Source: Ignavibacteriota bacterium (lineage in GTDB: Bacteria; Bacteroidota; Ignavibacteria; UBA10030; UBA6906). From it: a stretch of 64,000 bases of DNA. The stretch covers positions 1,120,001-1,184,000 of the forward strand of contig CAWDEM010000008.1 of NCBI GenBank assembly GCA_963801355.1, in the 5' to 3' direction. Below, piece after piece: positions 1-10,326 of this stretch. Under the pieces are notes generated by a model. It saw only the letters and a list, made by a program, of their open reading frames with translations, did not search any database and had not been told where the DNA came from. The translations under genes were made by a program, and so were the position numbers. Positions within the stretch are counted from its first letter, which is position 1, and every line of letters starts with the position of its first letter.

Positions 1-33
1 TCTGGTTCTCGACAATATCATATAGAACTCCCA

Positions 34-333
34 ATGATGAAGAGACCAGTCTACCTGCCGGATGTCGTCACCCTTGCATTGGATGAAACTATCTGCAACG
101 GATGTGGCATGTGTACAAAGGTGTGCCCGCATGCCGTTCTTGAAATGCGTGACGGCAGAGCTCATATCGTTGATCGTGACTACTGCATGGAGTGCGGGGC
201 GTGTGCGCGCAATTGTCCGCTTGCGGCCATCTCTGTGCGCACCGGGGTCGGCTGCGCGGCGGGTATCATCAGAGGAACGCTTACGAACAGCGAACCTTCA
301 TGCGGATGCGATCAACAGGCAGTGTGCAAATAG
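34..333 (+). CDS. hgcB: 2x[4Fe-4S] ferredoxin, HgcB-like (mercury methylation)
   Basis: Two CxxCxxCxxxCP motifs (CNGCGMCTKVCP, CMECGACARNCP). Carries the HgcB-type CMECGAC, N-terminal 'YLPDVVTLALD', post-cluster 'GVGCA' and a Cys-rich tail (SCGC...CK). hgcA would lie outside the window. Confidence 0.8.
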   Translation: MMKRPVYLPDVVTLALDETICNGCGMCTKVCPHAVLEMRDGRAHIVDRDYCMECGACARNCPLAAISVRTGVGCAAGIIRGTLTNSEPSCGCDQQAVCK

Positions 334-370
334 TTGCCGGCAGGTCTTTCAGAATACTCGCATCTCCTTG

Positions 371-398
371 AGGAGGCCCGGATATCCCGAGCCTTCTT
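371..398 (+). terminator. Possible intrinsic terminator hairpin between convergent genes
   Basis: AGGAGGC-C-CGG...CCG-A-GCCTTCT imperfect stem followed by T-rich bases. Confidence 0.35.
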
Positions 399-425
399 GT
401 TGCATCAACGCGGGGACAAATGTCC

Positions 426-2252
426 CTATCGCAAAAGAACCAACTTGCGCGTCTGAACGAAATCTCCCGCTCCGCTCTTCGAGTCTCGCCCTCTGGCGGA
501 GTCCAAAGGGCGGACCTGCATGCGATAGAAGTACACGCCGCTGGGCAGACGTGAGCCGTCGAACTTGACTTCGTGGTAGCCTGCATCCTCTTCCCCATTG
601 TGCAGAAGGGCCACCAGCTCGCCAAGGGTGTTGAAGACTGTCAGGGTCACCTGAGAACGAGCGGGCAGACCGTAGCGGATTGTCGTCGAAGGGTTGAAGG
701 GGTTGGGGTAGTTCTGCGAGAGAGAGAACGATCCAGGAGAATTCCCCGCATCGGGGACATCCAGATTCAAGTCGATGGCGTCGAAGTAGACATTCGCCGG
801 ACCGTATCCTACGTAGGCGACGTTGCCGCGGTAGAATGTCCCGGATATGTCACGGTCGAAGCTGACCACAGGAGCGATGGAATAGTCCGACCGGAACTGA
901 TTGACAACCTCCGCACTCTCATCGTACCAGGAGCTGAGTTTGCTTTGCAGTGCCTTGTAGTAGATAGTCCCATCGTTGTATGTCGATCGATAGGCTACAC
1001 GCCAGTAATAGCCTGAACCCCACGGAGCAAAACTGATTGATGGAACACCCTCGTAATACGTTGATATGGCGATGCTGTCGTGGGCGTACGTCCTGAACTG
1101 GTTGCTGGAACGGAAGCTCCTGACATCCTGGTAGGTCGGAGCTGCTGAGTTGCGTGTATACACAATCATTGCGTTCCCACGGCTGGGATCGATCGCCATC
1201 GCCGGATCATAGTTGTCGCCTGGCTGCGGTGAAGGAACGGTAAGGGCCCATGAAAACGGAACGATCTTGGGACTGCGCACGATTCGGATCACACGGCTCG
1301 GGTACTCGCCACGCGCGTATGCGACGAGGAGGGTGTCTGGTGTCGTGCCGTAGTCAACAGCGATCACCGGCGTTCCCTCCTGGCCTGAATGAAGGCTCGT
1401 GTCCGGAGTACCCCAGGTCACTCCGCAATCTGTGGTCTGCACGATGAAGAGCCCCCGCGCAATGTCGGTCGAGGGAGTGATGTACTCAGCCGCAACGTAG
1501 TGATATGTCACTTGCGGCAGATAAGTAGCGCCATCCGTGCATATGCTCGGGTTGCGGAAGCCCAGCCCCGTTCCGGTTGAAGCGATCGTTTTCGACCGCC
1601 AGTTTGTTCCATCGCTGAGCAGGCTCATCCACCCGAGCGACCCTCCGCCATCCACGCTCTTGTCCGACTTGATCACATATGCCACGGAGACAAGCCATTT
1701 CCCACCCGCCGTATCAGTGACACACATATCGAACGCCTGCATTGGACCACCAGGCGAGTAGACTCCGCCGATCACTGACCAGCTCGTGCCGCCGTTTGTC
1801 GACCGATAAATGGAGATCTGAGAGAGCGTGTCCCTGAACACCCTGTTCAATCCAAGATAGATGCCTCCAGCCGTGTCCGCACACATGCAGATCTGGCGTT
1901 TGCCCTCGCCCGGATAGACTGCTCCGTTGAAAACCTCCACATCGTTCCCCCAGAGCGGAGACGTGACTTCCTCCAGCTTTTCGCAATCGCCGGAAGCGAT
2001 CGCAAGGACATCCTCAGCAGGTGGTGTGGGCGATTCAGGGAAGAGGGCTTTCTCCAGTTCTCGAACCTTTGGGATGCTGCCCGCTTTGCGCGCCAGCGAA
2101 AGCTCGCGCAGAAGGCGGAATGTCTCCGCCGGTAGAGCGTTGTCTGCAGCAATCATTTCATCAGAGCAGAGCTCTATTGGTGTCTGGGCCGGCATCGCAG
2201 TGTAGCACAGGAGAAGAGCCAGCAAAAACGCAATGGAAAAGGCAGTTCGCAC
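426..2252 (-). CDS. Secreted BNR/sialidase-like repeat protein with T9SS type-A C-terminal domain
   Basis: Likely GTG start at 2252 after GGAGG, then a signal peptide (RTAFSIAFLLALLLC). Asp-box motifs (RSTNGGTSW, TTDCGVTW). C-terminal QNYPNPFNPSTTIRY...SGVYFYR. Confidence 0.8.
   Translation of the reverse strand: MRTAFSIAFLLALLLCYTAMPAQTPIELCSDEMIAADNALPAETFRLLRELSLARKAGSIPKVRELEKALFPESPTPPAEDVLAIASGDCEKLEEVTSPLWGNDVEVFNGAVYPGEGKRQICMCADTAGGIYLGLNRVFRDTLSQISIYRSTNGGTSWSVIGGVYSPGGPMQAFDMCVTDTAGGKWLVSVAYVIKSDKSVDGGGSLGWMSLLSDGTNWRSKTIASTGTGLGFRNPSICTDGATYLPQVTYHYVAAEYITPSTDIARGLFIVQTTDCGVTWGTPDTSLHSGQEGTPVIAVDYGTTPDTLLVAYARGEYPSRVIRIVRSPKIVPFSWALTVPSPQPGDNYDPAMAIDPSRGNAMIVYTRNSAAPTYQDVRSFRSSNQFRTYAHDSIAISTYYEGVPSISFAPWGSGYYWRVAYRSTYNDGTIYYKALQSKLSSWYDESAEVVNQFRSDYSIAPVVSFDRDISGTFYRGNVAYVGYGPANVYFDAIDLNLDVPDAGNSPGSFSLSQNYPNPFNPSTTIRYGLPARSQVTLTVFNTLGELVALLHNGEEDAGYHEVKFDGSRLPSGVYFYRMQVRPLDSARGRDSKSGAGDFVQTRKLVLLR
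471..515. repeat. 45-bp imperfect palindromic element, copy 1, in frame within a T9SS CTD
   Basis: Encodes VRPLDSARGRDSKSG between RMQ and AGDF. Arms TCCGC(C)CTT/AAG(A)GCGGA and inner CGCC-AGAG-GGCG. Similar copies at 16344-16388 and 31407-31451. Confidence 0.8.
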
Positions 2253-2416
2253 GGAGAACCTCCGATTGAGATTGACGCAGCATTCACACACTTCGGCAGG
2301 AATGTTACATTTCGCCCAGCAAAGGGACAATACCGCAAACGCGGGATATTTCTCTGAGGGGATAATTCTCTGAGGGATGAAGACCGCCGTCAGGCTTGAA
2401 TCACTCTTTACGTCCA

Positions 2417-2474
2417 ACGCGTTGCGCTCAACGCGTCTTAGCAGCTTGACAAACGTCCGACTTCAGCTTATACT
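2417..2474 (+). promoter_or_regulatory. Sigma-70-type promoter for ggt with an upstream palindrome
   Basis: TTGACA (2446-2451), 17 nt, TATACT (2469-2474). Perfect inverted repeat ACGCGTTG-CGCT-CAACGCGT at 2417-2436. Confidence 0.65.
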
Positions 2475-2586
2475 GCTGTCTGGCGTTCCCGCCGGCAGGG
2501 CACTGCAGCCCACCTCTCCAGGTGCAGCAGACGACAAGCTGGCCGGGCTCAAATGCACATATGCCTCACCACACACAGCTGGCATC

Positions 2587-4287
2587 ATGACCCGATCCTG
2601 CAAAGACTTCCTTGTGATCTCTCTGTACCTTCTCGCGGGGTGCACCCAACGCTCTACTGGACCTTACCGTCCCGCCGAAGACACCGTCTCCGTGCTCACT
2701 GCGCGCTCGAACACCGCAATGGTGGTTTCTGCTCATCCGATCGCCTCGAAGGCTGGAGTGGCCACACTCCGTTCCGGCGGCAACGCGGCTGATGCGGCAA
2801 TCGCGGCCGTCACGACCCTTAACGTTACAGAGCCGCATGCGTCCGGTCTGGGCGGAGGCGGTCTGTGCCTTTTCTACGACGCGAAAAGGGATTCTTTCTT
2901 CGTCATTGACTACCGGGAGCGGGCGCCTCTGGGCGTCGACCGCAGACTCTACTACAACGCTGCAGACACTCTGCATCGGAAACTCGAACACGGCCCGACT
3001 GCTATTGCCACACCGGGTGCTCCGGCAGGGTGGCAAGCGATTTATGACAACTTCTGCACGAAGCCGCTTGCAGAACTGGTGCGCCCAGCCATTGCGGCTG
3101 CCGACACGGGGTTTGAGTTGACCGAAAAACAGGTGGCGATACTTATGGATCACCTGAGCGATATTGAATCGGATGCGGCTATTTCGTCGATCTTCCTGGA
3201 CGGGGGCTTTCCTCCGGAAGTGGGCTTTCGAGTGAAGCAGCCGAAACTCGCTGCAACCTTGAGAGCGCTCGGAACCACGGCTTTCACGCGTCTCTACCAG
3301 CCGCCCTTCGCCGAAGATATCGCCGGCGCCGTCCAGGCACGCGGAGGCGTGCTTTCAAAGGAGGATCTTGCGTCGTACAGGGTTCAGATCCGGGAACCGC
3401 TGCGGGGGTGGTATAATGGCTTTGAAATCATTACGCTGCCACCTCCAAGCCTCGGGGGGACCGCGCTCCTCGAGATCCTGCGCATCGCCGAAAAGAGCAA
3501 CTTGAAGTCCAGAACATATCTCTCTGCGGACTATGTCCATTGCCTCGCTGCTGCAAGCCGCCAGGCGCTCACCGATGTGAACACGTGGATCTCTGACCCG
3601 GATTTTGGCAAACAGCCGGTGTTGTCACTTCTTTCCGACGAATGGATCGCTGATGTTTCGCGGCGCATGGAAGATGAAAGCCCGGCCTCCCAGCCTCACG
3701 CCTGGCAGCCAGGACCGGAAGCGAAGTCGACGGGCAACACGACACACCTGGCAATAGTGGACAGCGCCGGGAACATAGTCAGCCTCACACAATCCATCAA
3801 TGACTTCTATGGGGCGGGCGTGATGGCTCCCCGGTCGGGTATCCTCCTGAACAATCACATGGGAGACTTCTCCGGAGATTCGACACGGAACAACAGCGTC
3901 AGGCCCTTGCATAGGCCGACATCCAACATGGCGGCCACCATTGTGCGAAAAGACGGCAAACCCGTGCTGGTGATCGGTTCGCCCGGTGGCCCGCGCATCG
4001 CTCCCACAGTGGCGCAGGTCATTACTGCAGTGCTGGACGGCTGGCTTCCGATCGATGAGGCTATCAGAGCCCCAAGGTTTTTCCCGAAGGGCAACACGCT
4101 CGTCGTAGAGACGCGTATGCCAGATGAGACCATCAAGGGATTGCGCGCGAAAGGCTGGAAGATCGAGATGAACGGCAGCGTGAATTCCTACTTTGGAGGG
4201 GTGCACGCAATTCTGATCAACCCGGTCATCCATACTCTCACAGGTGCAGCGGATCCACGACGCGACGGTGCACCGGCCGGGTGGTAA
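2587..4287 (+). CDS. ggt: Gamma-glutamyltransferase (lipoprotein)
   Basis: GGNAADAA, PHASGLGGG, IDYRERAP, autocatalytic Thr motif NTTH, GSPGG and DPRRDG. Lipobox LAGC after the ATG at 2587. Confidence 0.92.
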   Translation: MTRSCKDFLVISLYLLAGCTQRSTGPYRPAEDTVSVLTARSNTAMVVSAHPIASKAGVATLRSGGNAADAAIAAVTTLNVTEPHASGLGGGGLCLFYDAKRDSFFVIDYRERAPLGVDRRLYYNAADTLHRKLEHGPTAIATPGAPAGWQAIYDNFCTKPLAELVRPAIAAADTGFELTEKQVAILMDHLSDIESDAAISSIFLDGGFPPEVGFRVKQPKLAATLRALGTTAFTRLYQPPFAEDIAGAVQARGGVLSKEDLASYRVQIREPLRGWYNGFEIITLPPPSLGGTALLEILRIAEKSNLKSRTYLSADYVHCLAAASRQALTDVNTWISDPDFGKQPVLSLLSDEWIADVSRRMEDESPASQPHAWQPGPEAKSTGNTTHLAIVDSAGNIVSLTQSINDFYGAGVMAPRSGILLNNHMGDFSGDSTRNNSVRPLHRPTSNMAATIVRKDGKPVLVIGSPGGPRIAPTVAQVITAVLDGWLPIDEAIRAPRFFPKGNTLVVETRMPDETIKGLRAKGWKIEMNGSVNSYFGGVHAILINPVIHTLTGAADPRRDGAPAGW

Positions 4288-4333
4288 AGATGCTCAGTTC
4301 GCTTTCAAGGATTCCAACGCAGCAGTTCTCCAC

Positions 4334-5701
4334 TCATACTCGAGAGGTCACGCCGGCGGGAGTCCGCTCACCTGACATGTGTCGCCGTTCGGACATCCCC
4401 TTCACGTACTTCCGCGCTTCGATGTTCATGGTCCATATTGCTGCAGCCACACGCATATCCGGGATCAGGCTTCTACGAACGATCCGTGGCAGCGCCGAGA
4501 GCCTCTTCGCGAGACTGAAGTAGCCATCTTCAAGTTCCTGTGTTGTGAGGCCCTTGGGACAGAAGTAGGCAGAACTGCACGGCACGCTGTAGCGGGGATC
4601 CAGGCGGGCGAACTCATCAAAAGCCCCCGCAACAAGCCGTCCCTCCGACTTGAGACTATCATAGAGTGCCGTTCCGGGAATCGGGATGAGTATGTGGACA
4701 AATGGAACGGCGATAGGAGCGTTATCAACAAACTCTTCGATCTCACGAAAAGTATCGAGACTATCCCCATCCAGTCCGACGATGAAGTATGCGGCGCACA
4801 GGATCCCGGCGTTTCGAACACTCTTGAGCTGACGACCGTATTCACTCGTCAGCACCGGCTTGTTAAGTTGGCTCATGTTATCCTGTCGCAGCGACTCCAG
4901 ACCGAAGAAAATAAGCCTGCAACCGGCGCGCCGCATGGCTTCGAGAACCTCGGGGTCATCTCCGATATCCACGGTGCACTGAGCCCCCCACGCGCACCGG
5001 ATGCCTCGCGCAGCGATACTTCTGACAAGCCTGAGCAGATATTCCCGATTGTTGTAGAGGTTTGCGTCCTGAAACGCGACCGGTCTATTGAAAGAGGCGG
5101 CCGATTCGAGATCCGTAAGGACCCTGTCAATTGGACGGAGGTGATACCGACCATGGTAGAAAGGAGGATGGCAGCAGTACGAGCATCTGTTTCTGCACCC
5201 AATAGAGGCAACTACCTGGAGGTATCCCAAGGGTTTGTCACGAAGAATCTCATAGTCCAGCGGATAATCCATGTTCAACCTGGCCGGGACGTACGTACGC
5301 TGCAGAATCCCCGCGGCCGCGTCGTCAAGCATGCGTCCCATCATCGGCGGATCAGGAAAGCCGATGAACGTGGCGTCGCAGCATTCGCCCAACAGCTGAT
5401 CGCTCAGGGAGTCCATGTTGGCACCGGCGATCACAGTTTTCCCGCGCGCTTTGAACCGGCCGACTATATCCAGTGCATGGGCAATATCGTAACCCGCACA
5501 TGTTACGATAACTACAGAAGCATCGGTGTCATAATCGATGGCCTCACAGTATTCCAGGCAGAAGCGTTTCTCTCTGCCCGCAGGTATCGTCGCGCTGAGA
5601 ATTGGCAGATTCAGGGAGTGGTTGAAGATGGGGACCCGTGTGATCGGCTGTCCGTCCATCGTTCGGTAGGTAGGCTGAATTATATACACGGATTGTCGCA
5701 T
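4334..5701 (-). CDS. B12-binding-domain radical SAM protein
   Basis: CRNRCSYC motif, 'FQDANL', 'AGCRLIFFGLES', and an N-terminal cobalamin-binding-like region. Confidence 0.85.
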   Translation of the reverse strand: MRQSVYIIQPTYRTMDGQPITRVPIFNHSLNLPILSATIPAGREKRFCLEYCEAIDYDTDASVVIVTCAGYDIAHALDIVGRFKARGKTVIAGANMDSLSDQLLGECCDATFIGFPDPPMMGRMLDDAAAGILQRTYVPARLNMDYPLDYEILRDKPLGYLQVVASIGCRNRCSYCCHPPFYHGRYHLRPIDRVLTDLESAASFNRPVAFQDANLYNNREYLLRLVRSIAARGIRCAWGAQCTVDIGDDPEVLEAMRRAGCRLIFFGLESLRQDNMSQLNKPVLTSEYGRQLKSVRNAGILCAAYFIVGLDGDSLDTFREIEEFVDNAPIAVPFVHILIPIPGTALYDSLKSEGRLVAGAFDEFARLDPRYSVPCSSAYFCPKGLTTQELEDGYFSLAKRLSALPRIVRRSLIPDMRVAAAIWTMNIEARKYVKGMSERRHMSGERTPAGVTSRV

Positions 5702-5768
5702 TGCCGGAATCGTATTTTGGGGTCTAGATCACCCTGGTCTCTCGTCAGTACGAGAGGAGACGGAAGCT

Positions 5769-7085
5769 TCACTTTTCCAGAAACATCTCCTGCCATTCGG
5801 TTTCAATCGTCCGGTGCGGGACCGGCATCGCACCTTCGGTATCCATCTTCTTCCTCAACGTCGACTGAAGTTGAAGCGAGGGACACTCTTTGTGCAGCGG
5901 ATGCGGAATCGCCACTCGCATTCTGCGGTAGATCGACTGAAAGTCCTCTTCCATGATGTTGCCAAACGTCACCGGCAGGAAAACACACGGGTTGACATTC
6001 CCCCGGCTGTCAATACTGAGATGCGATAGCCCTCCCATCATGCATCCCAGCTGCGCCGGGCTTTCTGCGAACGCAACGTAGTGAACGACCGGGTAGTCCC
6101 GATACCGCCTGTGTGTGTTCATTTGGCGGAAGAAATGCAGGAGCTGTTTGCGGTCGTCTTCCGTGAGGAGCACGCCTGGCAGAGCATTGAGATAACCGCC
6201 GCACGGACGGGGCTCGAGGAGTTGAATGAATCCCACACCCAGATTTTTCGCAAGCTCTGCGTAACGGCTGAGATCCCCCGAGCGCACCATCCGCTGTGTC
6301 GCGCACACATTGACATACGTGAAGATACCTGCCTGGCGGAATATGCGGAGCGCTCGCACCGCTTCTTCATGCGAACCCGGATACCCGCGAAGCTCGTCGT
6401 GTCGAGCCGGATCCACATCGTCAAGTCCCACCGCAGCGGCAATGAGTCCCGCCCTTTTCAACTCGAGAGCCCGCTCCAATGTCACACCGTGTCCGGAAGT
6501 GTGCACATGGATATCGGACAAATTCTTATCGGCATACCGCACCAGTTCCAGCAGGTCGTCGAAGCGGTTCATGGGCTCGCCACCTGTGAGTACCAGCGAG
6601 CCCACACCCTGCTTCTGTAGTTGCGCCACGACCTCTTTCAGGCGCGTGAGCGGCAGTTCATCTCCACGGCCGACATTGTGGCGCTCATAACAGTGCTGAC
6701 AGTGCAGATCGCAACGCTGCGTAATGGCCAGAAACACGGAGTCGATGTGTTGCTTCAGCGGCGTTCCTGCAGCACCGACGTTGAGCCCGCCATTTGCCAC
6801 CATGCGATCGAACGCTGCCGATGGGTGGTGCGGGGAAGTAAGGGATGAGAAATACACATCGCCGAATTGCACCAGCTTGCGGAGACCGATGTCGTGAACG
6901 ATCTTTGTTGTATACAACGCACCTGATGTGAGTGGAAAGATTCTGAACAACGGAAAGTCCCGGCGATGGAGGAGATACCGGCCCCACCCGAGCGCGAACT
7001 TCAGATTGAGGTACAAGAACTTCCAGCCGGTGTTGAACGTAAGCCTGGGACCGTGATTGTCAGTCTGGTATTCCATGATCTGCAC
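5769..7085 (-). CDS. Radical SAM protein with SPASM/twitch domain
   Basis: CDLHCQHC, LTGGEP, and C-terminal GCMMGG...GNVNPC...C. Confidence 0.85.
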   Translation of the reverse strand: MQIMEYQTDNHGPRLTFNTGWKFLYLNLKFALGWGRYLLHRRDFPLFRIFPLTSGALYTTKIVHDIGLRKLVQFGDVYFSSLTSPHHPSAAFDRMVANGGLNVGAAGTPLKQHIDSVFLAITQRCDLHCQHCYERHNVGRGDELPLTRLKEVVAQLQKQGVGSLVLTGGEPMNRFDDLLELVRYADKNLSDIHVHTSGHGVTLERALELKRAGLIAAAVGLDDVDPARHDELRGYPGSHEEAVRALRIFRQAGIFTYVNVCATQRMVRSGDLSRYAELAKNLGVGFIQLLEPRPCGGYLNALPGVLLTEDDRKQLLHFFRQMNTHRRYRDYPVVHYVAFAESPAQLGCMMGGLSHLSIDSRGNVNPCVFLPVTFGNIMEEDFQSIYRRMRVAIPHPLHKECPSLQLQSTLRKKMDTEGAMPVPHRTIETEWQEMFLEK

Positions 7086-7110
7086 CTGTGGATGAACGCG
7101 CGTCCTCCCT

Positions 7111-9034
7111 TTACTCAGATTGCGACCGGTTCAATGCCGCCTGCTGTCCGGCTTCCCAGCTTCGATATTCTTCCATTGTCGCCTTCACTATCCGTCCGGG
7201 GTTCATTCCGATGTCATACAGGCGCGCCAGCTGGTCGGGCAGATCCTGAGGCAGATGAAGTTCGTAGTAGCCCCTTGTCTCCAGGTACACCGATCGGACT
7301 GTCGCCGGCGGTTGCGGAGGCGCCTCGAAGCTGATGTTCGCCCAGTCGCCGACCTCCGGCATGGAGTAGTATTTCTCATCGATGCTCGTGAGAGCACCCA
7401 GGATTGAATTCTCTTGTTGATCTTCTGCACGGCGGGCATCGACAGTGGAAGCGTGCATCACCGCCGGCTCTTCATAACTCACGCCGAGGTAGTCGAACGT
7501 CCAGAATCCCTTGGGCGGATCGAAGCGAAGCACGAGCGAATCGCCGACGACATTGCTCACGTCTATCGGGTATACTCTGTCTTCGCTGATGAATGGCCCC
7601 TGTCCCACAATGACACCTTCCTGTTTCCACGACTCCCCTTCCTTCACCCATGTCTTCAAATGGTACATTTCTTCTCTCTCGAGGAACTGTTGCATCTCGA
7701 TAAAGGACTGACTTCCCGGTGTGACCGACTTCAACCAGGCCCCGGCGGTTTGCCCTCTATACTCGACGGTCTTCCGGATCATGTTCGATCCCCACGATGA
7801 GGTGCCGATGTTCGTGATGAGCCACGCCCTTTTTGCATCCACAGGTTTCGGGAGTGTAACCGTGAGTTCATGCCGTCGCAGGTGCGTCGACCTCCCTGCT
7901 TGCGGATGAGAGATGTGTTTGCCACACAACATTGTCGCTTGCCCGCAGAAAATTGGTCAGGCTCATCCCTTTTTCGTCGAATGCGGATGAAACCCCCCGG
8001 ACCTGTTTGAAGGCGTAGAAGTTCCCCTGGAGGTCAGGATACACAAGTGCGTCTGCGGGGTGGTCTACGACAAGTAGTTTCATCCGGTCGATGAATTGAG
8101 TTTCAGGTACCTCGTTCCTCACAAGCAGTCTGTACTCACCATCCACCGGTTTCACGAAGTCTAGCCGTGACAGGTCTGTTCTCGCCAGGCCGGCGCAGAT
8201 TGCGCCGCCAAGAGGCTCTGCGTCAAAGACAAAGCGTTGACCATCAAAGGAGTAAATGAACGGACAGGACTGTTTGGTCGCTATAGCGATGAGCGCGATG
8301 ACGCCGACCACTCCCACGAGGACCAGCAACGTTGCTATGATTGATCCCACAGCATCGGTCGTCTCGATACTGGCATAGAGTACACTGTCAGCGGGCATTT
8401 CGACGTGATTCATCAAAACGTCCCTGCCCATGAACACTGAGGGCCGACGTTCAAAAAAGCCTCCCGAAGAGTCAAACGCGGTCAAATACCCCAATGAGCC
8501 GACAACTTCATATACAGGCCGTTCCGGAGTCTGCGAGAGCTCGCCAACGCCAATGGCGGTAGGGCTCTCAGTGCGGATGGAGTTCACTATATCAATCCGG
8601 TATGACGTCTGGCTTCCGGTACGCGACTTCCCGGTGATCTTCTGTCCCCCCTTGTCATAGCGGCCACCTGGTTTCTGGAAGGTGACCAGGAGGTTGCTGC
8701 GCAAGACCATTTCTGCAATGTATGTGCTGTCCAGGTCCGCGAGGGCAATGATCTTGGGAGGACTCATCCTGCATTGGAGGGAGTCCCCCGACGAGACAAA
8801 GACCGACTTGCCGTCGGTGGACTTCCCCCGGACGCCATCACGGTACGGATAGAATGTCCCGCCGTTTTTATTGAACGTAACCGTGGAGCCATCCAGAAGG
8901 ACAATCTCGACAACTTTCTGTTTGATTCGTTGCGCTTCCTGTCCCGGGACTTTTTGCAGCTCCGTAACTCCGCATCCCATCATGAAGTTCACAAACGCCA
9001 GGAGAATAAACCCGGTAACGATTTGACGGACCAT
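7111..9034 (-). pseudogene. Hypothetical membrane lipoprotein split by a single frameshift (or assembly error)
   Basis: ORF 7868-9034 (lipobox MMGC, TM segment, SCPFIYSFDG) continues in another frame as ...RRHELTVTLPKP (7111-7932). The shift is near 7880. Confidence 0.65.
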
Positions 9035-9082
9035 ATGCGTATCCTTTCGGGTGTCAGACGAAGTTGTGCACCGGATCAGACA

Positions 9083-10237
9083 TCAGAAATGATAACCAAC
9101 GACAAACCCCACGCTCGTCGAGGTGAAGGTCCCCCTTTCGAAAGTGACGTTTTGCACAGAGGGCACGTCTTCCGGAATATACACCAGATCAGCGTTGAAA
9201 CCGACCGAAAGATTACCGGTAAAGAACAATTTGAGTTCAGCATACATCATGGCACTGAATGTCTTCTTCTTCAACCCGACCGGAGTCATGGGCGGTGAGG
9301 ATGAAGGGTAGTAGTCGTAGACGACTCCCGGGGATGCGCTGAGATCGACGGAAGCCATCCCCACCCCCACCCCTATATCCCACTGCAGGCTTCGGCCACC
9401 CAGCAACCATAGCGGTTTGAACACGCCGACCGCGTAGTAACCTCTCCCGTTCAGGTGCATTTCGGAGACGTACGGGGAGTAATACCAGAGTGACGGTTGT
9501 CCCAACCACATCAAGGCGATCCCCGCATCGGCGTAGTCGGTAATAGTATAAGTAAGCTGCAGCTTGCGCATCATGTTCAACGATGACAAGTCCCGCGCAT
9601 AATAGCCACTGTTGGCACCGCCATGAGGCACGGGACCGCTCACCCATGATCCTTGAAAGGAAAAATGAACAGAAGTCTCCCTGCCGGCTTTCTGTCCACT
9701 TTCGCAGAGCTCTTCCCAACGGACTCCCCGTTCTTCGTCGGTTCCCGAAAAATCGAATACCACTTCATTGCTCTGGCTGGTCCCGATGCCATACCCGATC
9801 AGATATCCACCCAGGCAGAAGAGTGCATTGTAAAGGAATGCCTCTCCGGTCCCGCCATTCCCCCCCACGAACAAGAAGGGCTCCCTTTCGTCACTGAGAA
9901 CCAACGCACTCCCCAGGTATGCTGCTGTGATCATTCCGACAACTGCCGGTCCTCCTTTAGAGGGCTTTACTTCGATGGCGACACGGAGCAGATCCCGACG
10001 CGAAATCCGCTCGGAATTTCTTCCAATCTGGATGACCATGGAATCCTGATGGGTACCCACAAACCAGCCAAGCTTCACTGTACCGTCTTTCAGGAGCACC
10101 CGCGTCAACTGGTAGAAGTATCCGGCAGGTTTCAAATTCTGGGATGACTGCGATGGTTGTGATGGCTGGGCCCGGGTGAAAGCAATCGTGCAAAACCCGA
10201 GGAAGATGAACAGGAGGATTCTTTTCATATGACCCAT
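9083..10237 (-). CDS. Hypothetical outer-membrane protein (C-terminal beta-barrel)
   Basis: Signal peptide, alternating beta-strand pattern, terminal ...VVGYHF. Confidence 0.65.
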   Translation of the reverse strand: MGHMKRILLFIFLGFCTIAFTRAQPSQPSQSSQNLKPAGYFYQLTRVLLKDGTVKLGWFVGTHQDSMVIQIGRNSERISRRDLLRVAIEVKPSKGGPAVVGMITAAYLGSALVLSDEREPFLFVGGNGGTGEAFLYNALFCLGGYLIGYGIGTSQSNEVVFDFSGTDEERGVRWEELCESGQKAGRETSVHFSFQGSWVSGPVPHGGANSGYYARDLSSLNMMRKLQLTYTITDYADAGIALMWLGQPSLWYYSPYVSEMHLNGRGYYAVGVFKPLWLLGGRSLQWDIGVGVGMASVDLSASPGVVYDYYPSSSPPMTPVGLKKKTFSAMMYAELKLFFTGNLSVGFNADLVYIPEDVPSVQNVTFERGTFTSTSVGFVVGYHF

Positions 10238-10326
10238 CCTTTCACGGCACCTTGAAGCTTGATTTCAAAGTGGTTAGGCCTGATCGCATCGTTGTGCGGG
10301 CCGTCAAGTCTCTACTTCTTCTCCGG

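Noticed and set aside
2253-2586. N-terminal extensions of ORFs 426-2417 and 2377-4287 (similarly 28054-28275, 12785-12865, 22861-22998)
   Set aside because: Signal peptides and ribosome-binding sites indicate later starts; some extensions also run over promoter elements or neighbouring genes.
4379-5956. 525-aa plus-strand ORF, and similar long shadow ORFs (e.g. 26349-27650, 28639-29835, 44094-45053, 48396-49358)
   Set aside because: They lie antisense to well-supported genes and show no motifs. This is expected from GC-rich codon bias.
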